A stretch of DNA of 64,000 bases from an uncultured candidate division Zixibacteria bacterium (lineage in GTDB: Bacteria; Zixibacteria; MSB-5A5; GN15; FEB-12): NCBI GenBank assembly GCA_963806185.1, contig CAWDXE010000006.1, forward strand, positions 9,095 to 73,094, read 5' to 3'. The notes beneath the pieces were generated by a model. The model did not search any database. It had not been told where the DNA came from and was given only the letters and a program-made list of their open reading frames with translations. The position numbers and the translations under genes were made by a program. Below are positions 8,420-17,107 of the stretch, one piece after another. Each line of letters opens with the position of its first letter. The first letter of the stretch is position 1.

Positions 8420-8526
8420 CGGCTCTTTAACTACGGGTCTGGGTTTTGCCGCAGTGCGCCGAGGTGTAGCCGCACGGATCACCTCCGATCGCACGCTTAC
8501 TTTCGGGAGCACTGGTGCGGGAGCAT

Positions 8527-8838
8527 TCACGACGGCGGCGTGTCCACCCGGTCGACAGATCGCGTGTGGTGGCGAGGAGCGACGTCGAGCGCGTCGTGCG
8601 GTTTCGGGATCACGTGTGATGCCACCAGCAATCCCAGACGCTGGCACGCGCGTGCTCCGGCCTCGACCGCCGCTTGCACCGCCGCCAGTTCACCCTCGAT
8701 CTTGAGTGTGACAGTGGGCGCATCTGACGGTCCGATCGCGGAGATGATAACATCGGCGGTTTTCGCCGCGACGTCAGTCGCCTCGATCGCGCCGATGAGG
8801 CCGCGCGTTTCTATCAAGCCCAGCGCTCGGTGCGACAT
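8527..8838 (-). CDS. bacterial microcompartment shell protein, BMC-H (PduA/EutM/CcmK-like) domain
   Basis: ALGLIETRGLIGAIEATDVAAKTADV ... VTLKIEGELAAVQAAVEAGARA ... LLVASHVIPKPH is the canonical single-BMC-domain signature. No other BMC shell or enzyme genes are in the window. Confidence 0.8.
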   Translation of the reverse strand: MSHRALGLIETRGLIGAIEATDVAAKTADVIISAIGPSDAPTVTLKIEGELAAVQAAVEAGARACQRLGLLVASHVIPKPHDALDVAPRHHTRSVDRVDTPPS

Positions 8839-9233
8839 ACGTCGTAAAGTATGCTAACTCACCCAAAGTACACGACTAAAAACTGCGGCGGGAAATGGCG
8901 ATTGTCTGAAAAAATTATGCCGCCCGCCTCCCCTCGCGCGGACGGCACTCTGCCAGAGAAGTACTGAGGAAACAAGAAAAGAGAAAAGGAGCTTGTCACT
9001 TCTGCGTGACTCTGCATCCTGGATAAGAATGACAGACGACTCATATAACAAGAATCCGTGCCACCGCGCTCGGCGAACTCCAATCACACAGCAAGTAATT
9101 GTAATTAGCAAGTTATACTGTGCTCGTCAGTCGCTCGCGTCGAATCGCCGACACGAATTCGTACGATTTGTACGAGCCGCATCTCCCATGCGGAGATCAA
9201 CGCGTTGTCTAGCAAACGATTAACAATTCAGAC

Positions 9234-9270
9234 AAAAAAGTAGCGGGGTCGTAACGCCATACGACCCCGC
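9234..9270 (-). terminator. rho-independent terminator after the sigma54 activator gene
   Basis: On the minus strand: gcggggtcgta-tggcgt-tacgaccccgc hairpin followed by TTTTTT, about 50 nt after the stop at 9319. Confidence 0.65.
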
Positions 9271-9318
9271 CGGAATGAACCATGCGAATAGTTCAGGTCT
9301 TTGGAGCATAACTAGACC

Positions 9319-11574
9319 TCAGTTCGGAGCACCCACGGGTGCGGCAATGCCGTACCGTTTCAGTTTCATCCGCACTGTGGCCTCGTGAACGCCCAGCAGT
9401 CTCGCCGCTTCGCTCTTGTTGCCGTGCGCGGCCAAAGAGCGCTCGGTGATGAGCTGGCGTTCGAATTTCTCAACCCGATCGAAGAAATTCCCGTCGGCCG
9501 GCACCGTCGTCCCGGCAAAGATGGTGCGTGCCACCTCCTCCAGCTTGCCGTCGCTGACGAGTTGGGTCATGACTTCGAGCCGTTTGATCTTATTGGCCAG
9601 TTCGCGCACGTTGCCCGGCCAGTCGTAATCCATGAACTGGCGGACAAGCGCGCCGGCCGGCAATTCGCCTTCGGCCAGTAACCCGGCCTGTTGCAGGAAG
9701 TAGTTGACGAGAAGCGGGATATCCTCCCGTCGCTCGCGGAGCGGCGGAATTGAAACGCAATGCCGCTCAGCCGGTAGTAAAGGTCGCGTCGGAACTTCGC
9801 CCTCCTCGACCATCTTCTCCAGGTCGCAGTTGGTGGCGGCGACCAGTTTGATGTCGAGGTCGATCTCGTTGGTGGCTCCGAGCGGGAGGACGCGACGGCG
9901 CTCCAGCACCGCGAGCAATTTCGCCTGCAGGGCGAGCGGCATGTCGCCGATTTCATCCAATAAAAGGACACCTCCGTTGGCCGCCACAAATAGCCCGATC
10001 TTTGCCGAATCGGCTCCGGTAAATGCCCCCTTGGCGAAGCCAAAGAGTTCGGACTCCAGTAGTGATTCGGGCACTGACGCACAATTGATGGCCACGTACG
10101 GTCCGTCGGGACGGACGACCGAATGGAAGTAGCGAGCCAGATGGTCCTTGCCGACGCCGGTCTCACCGGTGATCAGGATCGCCAGATCCGACTTGGCAAA
10201 GAGCGGAAGTTGCGCCTTGAAACGATTAATATCCGGGCACGACGTAATGTAGTCGCTCGTCTGCACACCAGCGGTCGCTCGCTTCGGATGGGTGTTGGCG
10301 ATCAACTCGATACCGGCAAGGGCGTCGATTTTCCGCGCGATCTTTTCCAAATAGGTCGGGAGCCCAAATCGCGCGTAGGCCTCCTCGGCCCGGAACAGGT
10401 AGTTCACCCGTTGCCGAATACCAAACGACTCGCAATCGCCTGCTGCCGTCAGTGTCTGCGCGAATTCGTAGCGCGCCCCGCCATCCTCGAGTTGTTCCAT
10501 CGCCTGGCTAAACAGCCTGCGAGCATCCTCGGCTTTGCCGGCAAGATGCGCGATCTGCGCCTTGAGCCTGAGCAATGAACCCAGCTCAACGCGATCATTG
10601 GCCTTCTCAAAAATGACCCAGCTGTGGGAGACGAATTTCTGCGCCATGCGCTCGTTGCGCACACGCAGGTAGACTTCGCCGAGATGACGCATGACGCGGG
10701 CGGCCAGCGTGGTTTCCGGACCGATTTTTTCGGCTTCAACCAGCGCTAGTTCCAGCATGCGCCGGGCCTCATCCAATTGACCCAGCTGGTAGTTCAATTC
10801 ACCGAGGTACGACAGATAGATGACCTCATCGCGCTTGGACTGGCTGGCGATGATACCCGGGTAGGCCGTCTGCAGCGCCTTTTCCGCTTTGGCATAGTCG
10901 GCCATCTGCAGGTAGACATACGCGAGCGAAAGGTTGGCGCGCGACAAATCCAGTTCGTCGTGCAGCTCTGCCGACAAGTCGATGTTGATCAGGAGGTGTT
11001 TCTCCGCTTCGGCCAGTTCGCCGATAAACGTGTAGATACGGCCGATATTGCCCATCATGAAGGCTAGCTTCTTTTTGTCGTCGAGCCGGCGGGCGATTTC
11101 CACGGCATCCATCAATACGTTCAGGGCATTACGATAGTCGGTACGGCGGAAGAGCATGCCGGCCAGACCGTTGAGAGCGCGGCTCTGACCCTCGAGATTG
11201 TCGTTGCGACGAAAGATCGATTCGGCGTCGCGGTACGACGTCTCCGCTTCTTTGAACTGGCCGAGGTCGCGCAGGATATTGCCGAGCGTGACGCATACAT
11301 CGGCCAGGAGAATCGTGTCCCCATCCTTGGCAGCGGCGGCCTGCGCCAGTCGCCCAGTCTTGAGGGCGGTGGGCAGGTCATTCGACGCCAGATAGGCGCG
11401 CGCTGCCTGGAAGTATACGTTTCCGGCCGCAGCGGGACAGAGGTCGACCAGCAGGGGACGCTGGGCCTCATACTGCTTGATGGCCGCGGCATAGTCTCGT
11501 TTGCCTACCAGCTCCGCAAGGGCGTTTGCCAGTGATTGGCCGAGTGCTATGTCGTAATTTTGGTGAGTACGCAT
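9319..11574 (-). CDS. sigma54-dependent enhancer-binding protein with long N-terminal TPR-like region
   Basis: 751 aa. About 430 aa of TPR-like repeats. AAA+ core with Walker A GETGVGKD, the GAFTGA loop (ESELFGFAKGAFTGA) and Walker B LLLDEIGD. C-terminal Fis-type HTH GNKSEAARLLGVHEATVRMKLKRYGI. The expected FRxDLYYRL motif is encoded only in an alternative frame (see findings). Confidence 0.85.
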   Translation of the reverse strand: MRTHQNYDIALGQSLANALAELVGKRDYAAAIKQYEAQRPLLVDLCPAAAGNVYFQAARAYLASNDLPTALKTGRLAQAAAAKDGDTILLADVCVTLGNILRDLGQFKEAETSYRDAESIFRRNDNLEGQSRALNGLAGMLFRRTDYRNALNVLMDAVEIARRLDDKKKLAFMMGNIGRIYTFIGELAEAEKHLLINIDLSAELHDELDLSRANLSLAYVYLQMADYAKAEKALQTAYPGIIASQSKRDEVIYLSYLGELNYQLGQLDEARRMLELALVEAEKIGPETTLAARVMRHLGEVYLRVRNERMAQKFVSHSWVIFEKANDRVELGSLLRLKAQIAHLAGKAEDARRLFSQAMEQLEDGGARYEFAQTLTAAGDCESFGIRQRVNYLFRAEEAYARFGLPTYLEKIARKIDALAGIELIANTHPKRATAGVQTSDYITSCPDINRFKAQLPLFAKSDLAILITGETGVGKDHLARYFHSVVRPDGPYVAINCASVPESLLESELFGFAKGAFTGADSAKIGLFVAANGGVLLLDEIGDMPLALQAKLLAVLERRRVLPLGATNEIDLDIKLVAATNCDLEKMVEEGEVPTRPLLPAERHCVSIPPLRERREDIPLLVNYFLQQAGLLAEGELPAGALVRQFMDYDWPGNVRELANKIKRLEVMTQLVSDGKLEEVARTIFAGTTVPADGNFFDRVEKFERQLITERSLAAHGNKSEAARLLGVHEATVRMKLKRYGIAAPVGAPN

Positions 11575-11576
11575 AG

Positions 11577-11978
11577 TTATCGTGCTCCGTCACTGACGGT
11601 TGTGGAGTTGGTGGTGGTGGCTGTACCGGTGTCGGTGGAACCGGTCTTGAGGCGCAGCTTCTGTTCGCGCATTTCGGTCATGATCCAGCGCGAAACCATG
11701 TCGACGAAATAGAGGCGCACGCGAAGCACGAGCGTCTCAGCCTCGATAATAGCCGACGGCTTTTGCCGAATGGTCGGCCGAGTTCCGGGGTCAGTATTCG
11801 GATTGGCTATGGATTGATCTTCGCCCCACGGATGGTCATCAAGGGCGCCACCGCCGGGACCATTAGTCGAGACCGCTTCGTCATGAAGCACGTAAGGCCG
11901 GTTGTACGACCAGCCATTGGCGCCGAGTGCCAATACGCACACCAGCACCATCAGCAAAATACACAGACCGTTTCGCAT
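11577..11978 (-). CDS. hypothetical small secreted protein
   Basis: 133 aa. N-terminal signal-like LCILLMVLVCVLALGANG and a Thr-rich C-terminus. The stop lies 2 nt before the activator ATG, so they are in one operon. No family recognised. Confidence 0.5.
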   Translation of the reverse strand: MRNGLCILLMVLVCVLALGANGWSYNRPYVLHDEAVSTNGPGGGALDDHPWGEDQSIANPNTDPGTRPTIRQKPSAIIEAETLVLRVRLYFVDMVSRWIMTEMREQKLRLKTGSTDTGTATTTNSTTVSDGAR

Positions 11979-12117
11979 GGTTACACTCCTTTTGGCGTAA
12001 AGTGTATGTTTAAACAGTTCTCTTGCGTTTTCTGTATGGCGTGAAGTAAAAGTGAGGATATGAGGAACCGGGCATCCCTACCACTGACTAAAAGGATACC
12101 TCAATCATCGACCTGTG

Positions 12118-12720
12118 TCAAGATATTTGTCTATTCCGGCCGAATTGCAGAGACAATAAAGGCGCGTCCAACCCCTGTGGCACGCGCCTGACGCGATACT
12201 TCTCAACATCAACTCCTACTCGGCAACTGTCGTCGCCCCCCGCCTCCACCGACAGGGTAATCTTTTCCGTCCCGGTCGCGGCCACTTCAATCGGCGCCTT
12301 GATACGGACATTGTCCATCTGGCAGAGTTTGGAGCCGTTCTCGCAAAAGAAGACCGCGGCATCTACGGTGAGCGAGGTCGTCCCTGCGTGTGACGTGACC
12401 GCCACCCTCAACGGGAACAGATTGGACCCCTTCTTTCCGTTAATGCCCTTGGGCAAACGGAGAATCTTCTCGTCGCCTGATTTCCACTTGAGCGTCGTCG
12501 GCGCCTCTGCCGCAAAATGATACCCGCGCGGCAATTCGACATCGAGCTGCACCGTTCCTGCGCCCGGCTTGAGTATCTGCTTGGGCAGGTCGATCACTCG
12601 ACCGTGGAATTCGTCTTCTGGAGCAGGCGCGGGTTTGGTGGCGTCCTGGCCGGCCCTAAGCGCGCTGCTGAGCAACAGGGTGACCATACAAATGGCGGTC
12701 GATATTTGGCGAATGTGCAC
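12118..12720 (-). CDS. hypothetical secreted protein (beta-rich, Cys pair FFCENGSKLC)
   Basis: Open frame 12118-12816. I prefer the GTG at 12720 (VHIRQISTAICMVTLLLSSALRAGQD signal-like), preceded by AAAGGG. No confident family assignment. Confidence 0.5.
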   Translation of the reverse strand: MHIRQISTAICMVTLLLSSALRAGQDATKPAPAPEDEFHGRVIDLPKQILKPGAGTVQLDVELPRGYHFAAEAPTTLKWKSGDEKILRLPKGINGKKGSNLFPLRVAVTSHAGTTSLTVDAAVFFCENGSKLCQMDNVRIKAPIEVAATGTEKITLSVEAGGDDSCRVGVDVEKYRVRRVPQGLDAPLLSLQFGRNRQIS

Positions 12721-12901
12721 GGGCAGCCCTTTCGTTAATTGAATATCCTCGCTTCGAGCGGACAGCAGCTTCACTATTCTGCTTACTCCTATCGACGGCA
12801 ATAGTTGCACTGGCATGAAAACTACTCTCCCAACCTCGGGTCGTCAATCGGGAAGATGCACGTCGGCGACGGATAAGGGCTCCGCCGAATCGCTTCCGTC
12901 C

Positions 12902-12930
12902 TTGACCCGGTCGGTTCGGCTGAATATCTT
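12902..12930 (+). promoter_or_regulatory. candidate sigma70-type promoter (TTGACC-17 nt-TATCTT)
   Basis: -35 TTGACC at 12902-12907, 17-nt spacer, -10 TATCTT at 12925-12930. It lies upstream of the GGAGA Shine-Dalgarno and the GTG (12975) of the large secreted protein gene. Confidence 0.4.
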
Positions 12931-12974
12931 CTGCGGAATTGCACTTGGTCCCGCTACCTGCTTCCGGAGAATCC

Positions 12975-15476
12975 GTGCGTTTGCCTTTGCTTCTACTGCC
13001 GGCCGTCCTTCTTTTCGCAACCAGCCACGCCCAGAACGTCGGCGACAGCGGGCAATCCGCCCCGACCCGGCGAATAGCTTTTCTTCGCGGAGCGATCGCT
13101 CCGTCCGCCGCCTCGCCTGACGGCTTTGTCGTCTATCAAACCGCTCACAACCAAGGTAGAATTCAGCTAACCGTTTCCAACAGCGGACGCTTCGGCGTGC
13201 CCCGCGTCCCCGACTACCCGCACATCCCGGTTAAGGATCCTCTGACCAATGCCAACATTCAGCGCTGCACGTATCCCGCGGGTCAGGATCACGCCTTCAT
13301 GCTCGATTCCTACTTCTGGATCGGCGCGGCGCGTGATGGCGATACGGCCGTGGTGGATGAGGAATGGATGCCCGATGAGAGCGAATTCCGCCCGTTTGGC
13401 TACGAAAGCAATTCCCGCGCCTTGACCAATATCTACTCCCCCTCCGCCCGTTCGGAACTGGACATCCTCTGCGCCTACACCGATACCACCCGCGATCGAA
13501 ACATGGTGCCGACCAACCACATACCGACGATGCTGAAGATCAAGCAGCGCTCCATGGCCTGGGGAGGCGCAGGAGCCGACGATTTCGTGCTGGTTGAGTG
13601 CGAGCTGCAGAACCTCGGTGCGGCCACCCTGCGCAAGATCTGGTTCGGCATCACGTTTAATAACGAAGTCCGCAATATCAGCGAGGTTGAGACCAGCGAC
13701 AATTCGTACACCAGGTTTCTCACCGGCTTTCTCCCGTATGACGTGGTCCCGCGAAGTTGTCTCGACCCGGAACGACTCGACATGGCCTACGTCATGTCGG
13801 CCGACGCGCGGCCGTTCATCAAACAATGGACGAAATATTCCGCACTGGCGGCGGTCGGAGTCCGCATCATTGCCGCTCCTCTCGATTCCATTCGCCCCAA
13901 TTACAACTGGGAGACCTACACCGACAACGGCTGGTACAGCCCGCGTCTGCGAGGGACGGCGCAGGATCCATTCCGCACCTACGGGTACTGGGGTCCCTGG
14001 AATAATCGGGGGCAATTGTATCACTTCCTCAGCCATAAGGAAATTGACTACGATCAGATGTTTGCGGCGGTCAATCATTACTGGGACGGCTGGTTTCTTC
14101 CTGCCGGAAACGCCGCCGATCTGGCGTCCGGCGACTACGCCTACGCCACGATCAGCGCCGGAGGATTCGATTTGGCGCCCGGTGCCAGTACCCGGTTGGT
14201 CTACGCGATTGTCGGCGGCGACAGTGTGCATGTCGAGCCGACATCATACGACCGGCTCTTTTCTCCTGGGTCGCCGAACTTCTTCTATCAATCACTCGAC
14301 TTCTCTGCCCTGGCCTCGAACGCCCGCTGGGCGGGGCGGATTTATGACAACCCAGGCGTCGACACCGACGGCGACGGGTACGCCGGGGCCTATGAAGTTT
14401 GCGACGGCGATACCGCCTGGTATGTTGGTGACGGCGTTCCGGATTTTAAGGCTGACGCTCCACCTCCCGCTCCTGTCGTCAAGGTGATACCCGAGCAGGG
14501 ACGACTGATCATTCGGTGGAACGGCTTCTTCAGCGAAACCACGGCCGATCCGTTCACCCGGGTGGTTGATTTCGAAGGGTACAACGCATATGTCGGGCTC
14601 GACTCCCGCCCTTCCAGCCTGACGCTCTACCGTTCGTATGACAAGCCTGATTATGTGCGCTATCGCCTGATCAAATATGCCGTTGGCAGCTACGAGTGGC
14701 GAGCTACCGATCTTCCCTTCACGCTCGATTCGCTCCGATCACTTTACGGCGATTCATCCTTCGAACCCCTGGTCTACGACCGGCTGCACCCGCTCGAGAT
14801 TGACAGCGTCTTCTATTACTTCGAGGCTCAGGGATTTAATGCCTCGACCATGTCACCGCAGGGCATGCACAAGGTGTATCCCGACGCCGTTCGCCCCGTC
14901 AACGATTCCCTGCTGTGGACGGATGACGAGGTCACCACCGAGCACGGCCGGCGGCTGCCAAGGTACTACGAGTACGAATACATTGCGGAGGACCTGCTGC
15001 CGACCGTTGAATACTTCGTCAACGTCACTGCTTTCGATTTTGGTTACGCGATCAGCGGTCTGGCCGGGCAGGAGAGCAGCAAATCCGAAGGTATCATCAA
15101 TGCCTGGGCCATGCCATCGTCAGTCATAGCACAGGAAGAAAAGCTGGCCGTGTATTGCTGGCCAAATCCATACCGCTTCGACGGCGACTATGAGGCCCAG
15201 GGGTACGAAAATCGTAAGCAGGATCTCTGGTACGACCGGGCTCATCGCATCCATTTCGCCAATCTCCCCCCGGTATGCAAGATTCATATCTACTCGCTCG
15301 ACGGTGATCTTGTCCGGACGATCGATCACAACTTCGCGCCCGATGATCCGGAGGCTGCCCACGCCAGCTGGGACCTGGTGACGCGCAACATCCAGTTGGC
15401 CGTATCGGGAATCTATTACTGGGTGGTTGAATCGGCGACGGGAAACCAGATCGGCAAACTCGTCATTATCGAATGA
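12975..15476 (+). CDS. large secreted protein with T9SS-type / FlgD-Ig-like C-terminal domain
   Basis: Frame open from 12939. The GTG at 12975 gives the signal peptide (M)RLPLLLLPAVLLFATSHA|Q. There is a DTDGDG calcium-binding-like motif. The last ~100 aa (WPNPY...IHIYSLDGDLVRTI...SWDL...SGIYYWVV...GKLVII) match the Por/T9SS C-terminal sorting-domain pattern. Confidence 0.75.
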   Translation: MRLPLLLLPAVLLFATSHAQNVGDSGQSAPTRRIAFLRGAIAPSAASPDGFVVYQTAHNQGRIQLTVSNSGRFGVPRVPDYPHIPVKDPLTNANIQRCTYPAGQDHAFMLDSYFWIGAARDGDTAVVDEEWMPDESEFRPFGYESNSRALTNIYSPSARSELDILCAYTDTTRDRNMVPTNHIPTMLKIKQRSMAWGGAGADDFVLVECELQNLGAATLRKIWFGITFNNEVRNISEVETSDNSYTRFLTGFLPYDVVPRSCLDPERLDMAYVMSADARPFIKQWTKYSALAAVGVRIIAAPLDSIRPNYNWETYTDNGWYSPRLRGTAQDPFRTYGYWGPWNNRGQLYHFLSHKEIDYDQMFAAVNHYWDGWFLPAGNAADLASGDYAYATISAGGFDLAPGASTRLVYAIVGGDSVHVEPTSYDRLFSPGSPNFFYQSLDFSALASNARWAGRIYDNPGVDTDGDGYAGAYEVCDGDTAWYVGDGVPDFKADAPPPAPVVKVIPEQGRLIIRWNGFFSETTADPFTRVVDFEGYNAYVGLDSRPSSLTLYRSYDKPDYVRYRLIKYAVGSYEWRATDLPFTLDSLRSLYGDSSFEPLVYDRLHPLEIDSVFYYFEAQGFNASTMSPQGMHKVYPDAVRPVNDSLLWTDDEVTTEHGRRLPRYYEYEYIAEDLLPTVEYFVNVTAFDFGYAISGLAGQESSKSEGIINAWAMPSSVIAQEEKLAVYCWPNPYRFDGDYEAQGYENRKQDLWYDRAHRIHFANLPPVCKIHIYSLDGDLVRTIDHNFAPDDPEAAHASWDLVTRNIQLAVSGIYYWVVESATGNQIGKLVIIE

Positions 15477-15576
15477 TCGCCGCTTCAAGGTCCCACTGAG
15501 ATGTGCCGATACGAGAAGGGGAATCGCTACTCGTGGCAGCGCCCTTCAATCGACTGGAGTACCGAGGCATCCGAAT

Positions 15577-16035
15577 ATGGCGAAACGGTCCGACAAGGGA
15601 TTCACCCTCATCGAAGTCATCATCGTCATCGTAACGATCGGCATTCTTGCGGCGGTCGCGGCCCCTGTTTATCAGGATATTGGCAGCCAGGCCCGGACCG
15701 CAGCCGGCAAGCAATCGCTGATGTCGATGCGGGAGGCGATCGATTCCTGGCGTCTGCGCCGCATCGTTACCATCGGCAATGCTTCCTGGCCGACGCGCGA
15801 TACCTTGGCCACCGTCAACAGAGTGATGGCCTTCAAAATACCGCCCAATCCTTTTCAGGCGGAGACGAACGCGCCGGATTCGATAGTCACGGGTGTCACC
15901 AAGGGGGTCGTGGTAGGAACGCGCGGCGGCTGGGCATACAAAGCGTCAACCGGCGAAATCTGGCCGAATACCAGTTCCACTATCTCGGCATCGGGGTGTG
16001 GTGGATCAACCGCGGTCGGCGAGAATAATTGGTAG
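15577..16035 (+). CDS. type IV pilin / type II secretion pseudopilin-like protein
   Basis: ATG at 15577. N-terminal prepilin cleavage/methylation motif MAKRSDKG|FTLIEVIIVIVTIGILAAVAAP. ~152 aa. Confidence 0.75.
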   Translation: MAKRSDKGFTLIEVIIVIVTIGILAAVAAPVYQDIGSQARTAAGKQSLMSMREAIDSWRLRRIVTIGNASWPTRDTLATVNRVMAFKIPPNPFQAETNAPDSIVTGVTKGVVVGTRGGWAYKASTGEIWPNTSSTISASGCGGSTAVGENNW

Positions 16036-16041
16036 CTGAAT

Positions 16042-16449
16042 TCATTCGCAGTAAATGCGAATGTGTCCCTTTTCATCATCAACTTCGATAGCGGCCTGAG
16101 CGAGTGATTCGGCGAGTCGGTCAACCGTCTCGCCATCGAGCTGGTTCATATTGAAAGAAATGCCGCGGTCGCGAAAGGCCTGCTGCATCTGCTCCTGAGT
16201 CTTGCCGGGCATAAACGCGCCGAGCTTGATTCCGGTCTTGACGATCAGCAGTGGAATTTTCACATTCACAACTTTGCCGCTGTTGTCGCGCGGCGTGATA
16301 GTCACGCGAAGACTCTGGGCCGATTTCTTCCCGCTCGTTTCTTCGCGCGATACATCTGTCTTCAATGCATCGAGCAGTCGCTCGGCTTCCGTGACCGTCA
16401 CCTTCCCTTCGGCGAGAAGAGTGAGTATGCGTCGCCTTTCACTTTCCAT
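16042..16449 (-). CDS. SHOCT-like / LiaX-N-like domain protein
   Basis: The ATG at 16449 gives MESERRRILTLLAEGKVTVTEAERLLDAL (SHOCT-like helix pair) followed by a ~100-aa domain. It overlaps the upstream DUF2089 gene stop by 11 nt. Confidence 0.6.
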   Translation of the reverse strand: MESERRRILTLLAEGKVTVTEAERLLDALKTDVSREETSGKKSAQSLRVTITPRDNSGKVVNVKIPLLIVKTGIKLGAFMPGKTQEQMQQAFRDRGISFNMNQLDGETVDRLAESLAQAAIEVDDEKGHIRIYCE

Positions 16450-16822
16450 CTCTGCCTTCACCTTTCTCGAGCAGATCGATCGCCTGCACGGGTGTGATTT
16501 CCCCGCGCTCCAGCCGGTCGATAACGACTTCCCGGTCCGACGGGGTACTGATCGCCACGACCTGTAATTGCTCACCAATGCGATTCAGCCGAGCCTTAAT
16601 AGTGGGATAGCTAACTCCGAAGTATTCTTCCATTTGTTTGATCGAGCCATGACAGCGGACAAAGGCGGCCACGAAAATCTGGTCGGCGGCGTCCAGCCGG
16701 GCCAGCAGCGGGAGCTCAAACTCGCCCTCAATCGCGATTTCTGCGTCTGCAAGTCGAACGCGCGCAATAAGAAAAGGACGTCCGCCGGTGATATCCGTGA
16801 GGGCTTGCCAAGTGTCTGCCAT
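16439..16822 (-). CDS. DUF2089-like HTH protein
   Basis: FVAAFVRCHGSIKQMEEYFGVSYPTIKARLNRIGEQL matches the DUF2089 HTH pattern. I prefer the ATG at 16822 (MADTWQ) to the GTG at 16837. Confidence 0.65.
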   Translation of the reverse strand: MADTWQALTDITGGRPFLIARVRLADAEIAIEGEFELPLLARLDAADQIFVAAFVRCHGSIKQMEEYFGVSYPTIKARLNRIGEQLQVVAISTPSDREVVIDRLERGEITPVQAIDLLEKGEGRDGK

Positions 16823-17026
16823 GTTTTCTTCAATCACTCCCTTTCAGGGAATATACGAAATGAATCAATAAAGTTAATAGATATTTCTCAGAATATTGAA
16901 ATTAGTTAATTAGTGATTGAGTTTGTCTCTTTAATCGAAAATCGATGACTGTGGGATAGCGCGTGTAGGTGGACCCGGAGGGGTGAGACAATCAACGGAT
17001 GTTACCAAATAATTCGCATTTTCTTC

Positions 17027-17054
17027 TTGACAACTTTTCCAGTTTCATTAACTT
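17027..17054 (+). promoter_or_regulatory. candidate orphan promoter (TTGACA-16 nt-TAACTT) in AT-rich intergenic region
   Basis: Perfect -35 TTGACA at 17027-17032. Weak -10 TAACTT at 17049-17054. No plus-strand CDS follows, only the terminator at 17108-17143. Confidence 0.3.
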
Positions 17055-17107
17055 ATTTGTGCAATCGGAAAGTGTTACTCTTTCTGTGGATTACCTAATA
17101 TCGTCCA

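Noticed and set aside
8420-8647. ORF-track start at 8647 for the 144-aa ORF overlapping the BMC gene
   Set aside because: It would require a 120-nt out-of-frame overlap with the conserved BMC domain. Only the part downstream of ~8527 is plausibly coding, either as a fusion after a frameshift or from the ATG at 8419.
12946-12962. Sigma54-like motif TGGTCCCGCTACCTGCT upstream of the large secreted protein gene
   Set aside because: GG-to-GC spacing is one nucleotide too long and the -24 element is poor. It also lies only ~15 nt before the start codon, downstream of a better sigma70-type promoter.
13167-14231. Long antisense ORFs inside well-supported genes (for example 13167-14231, 25197-26084, 44112-44717, 44968-45723, 51501-52772, 53387-54325, 58512-59369)
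   Set aside because: These are typical shadow ORFs of high-GC DNA. They have Arg/Gly/Pro/Ala-rich translations without motifs, and each is fully contained in an opposite-strand gene with strong family signatures.
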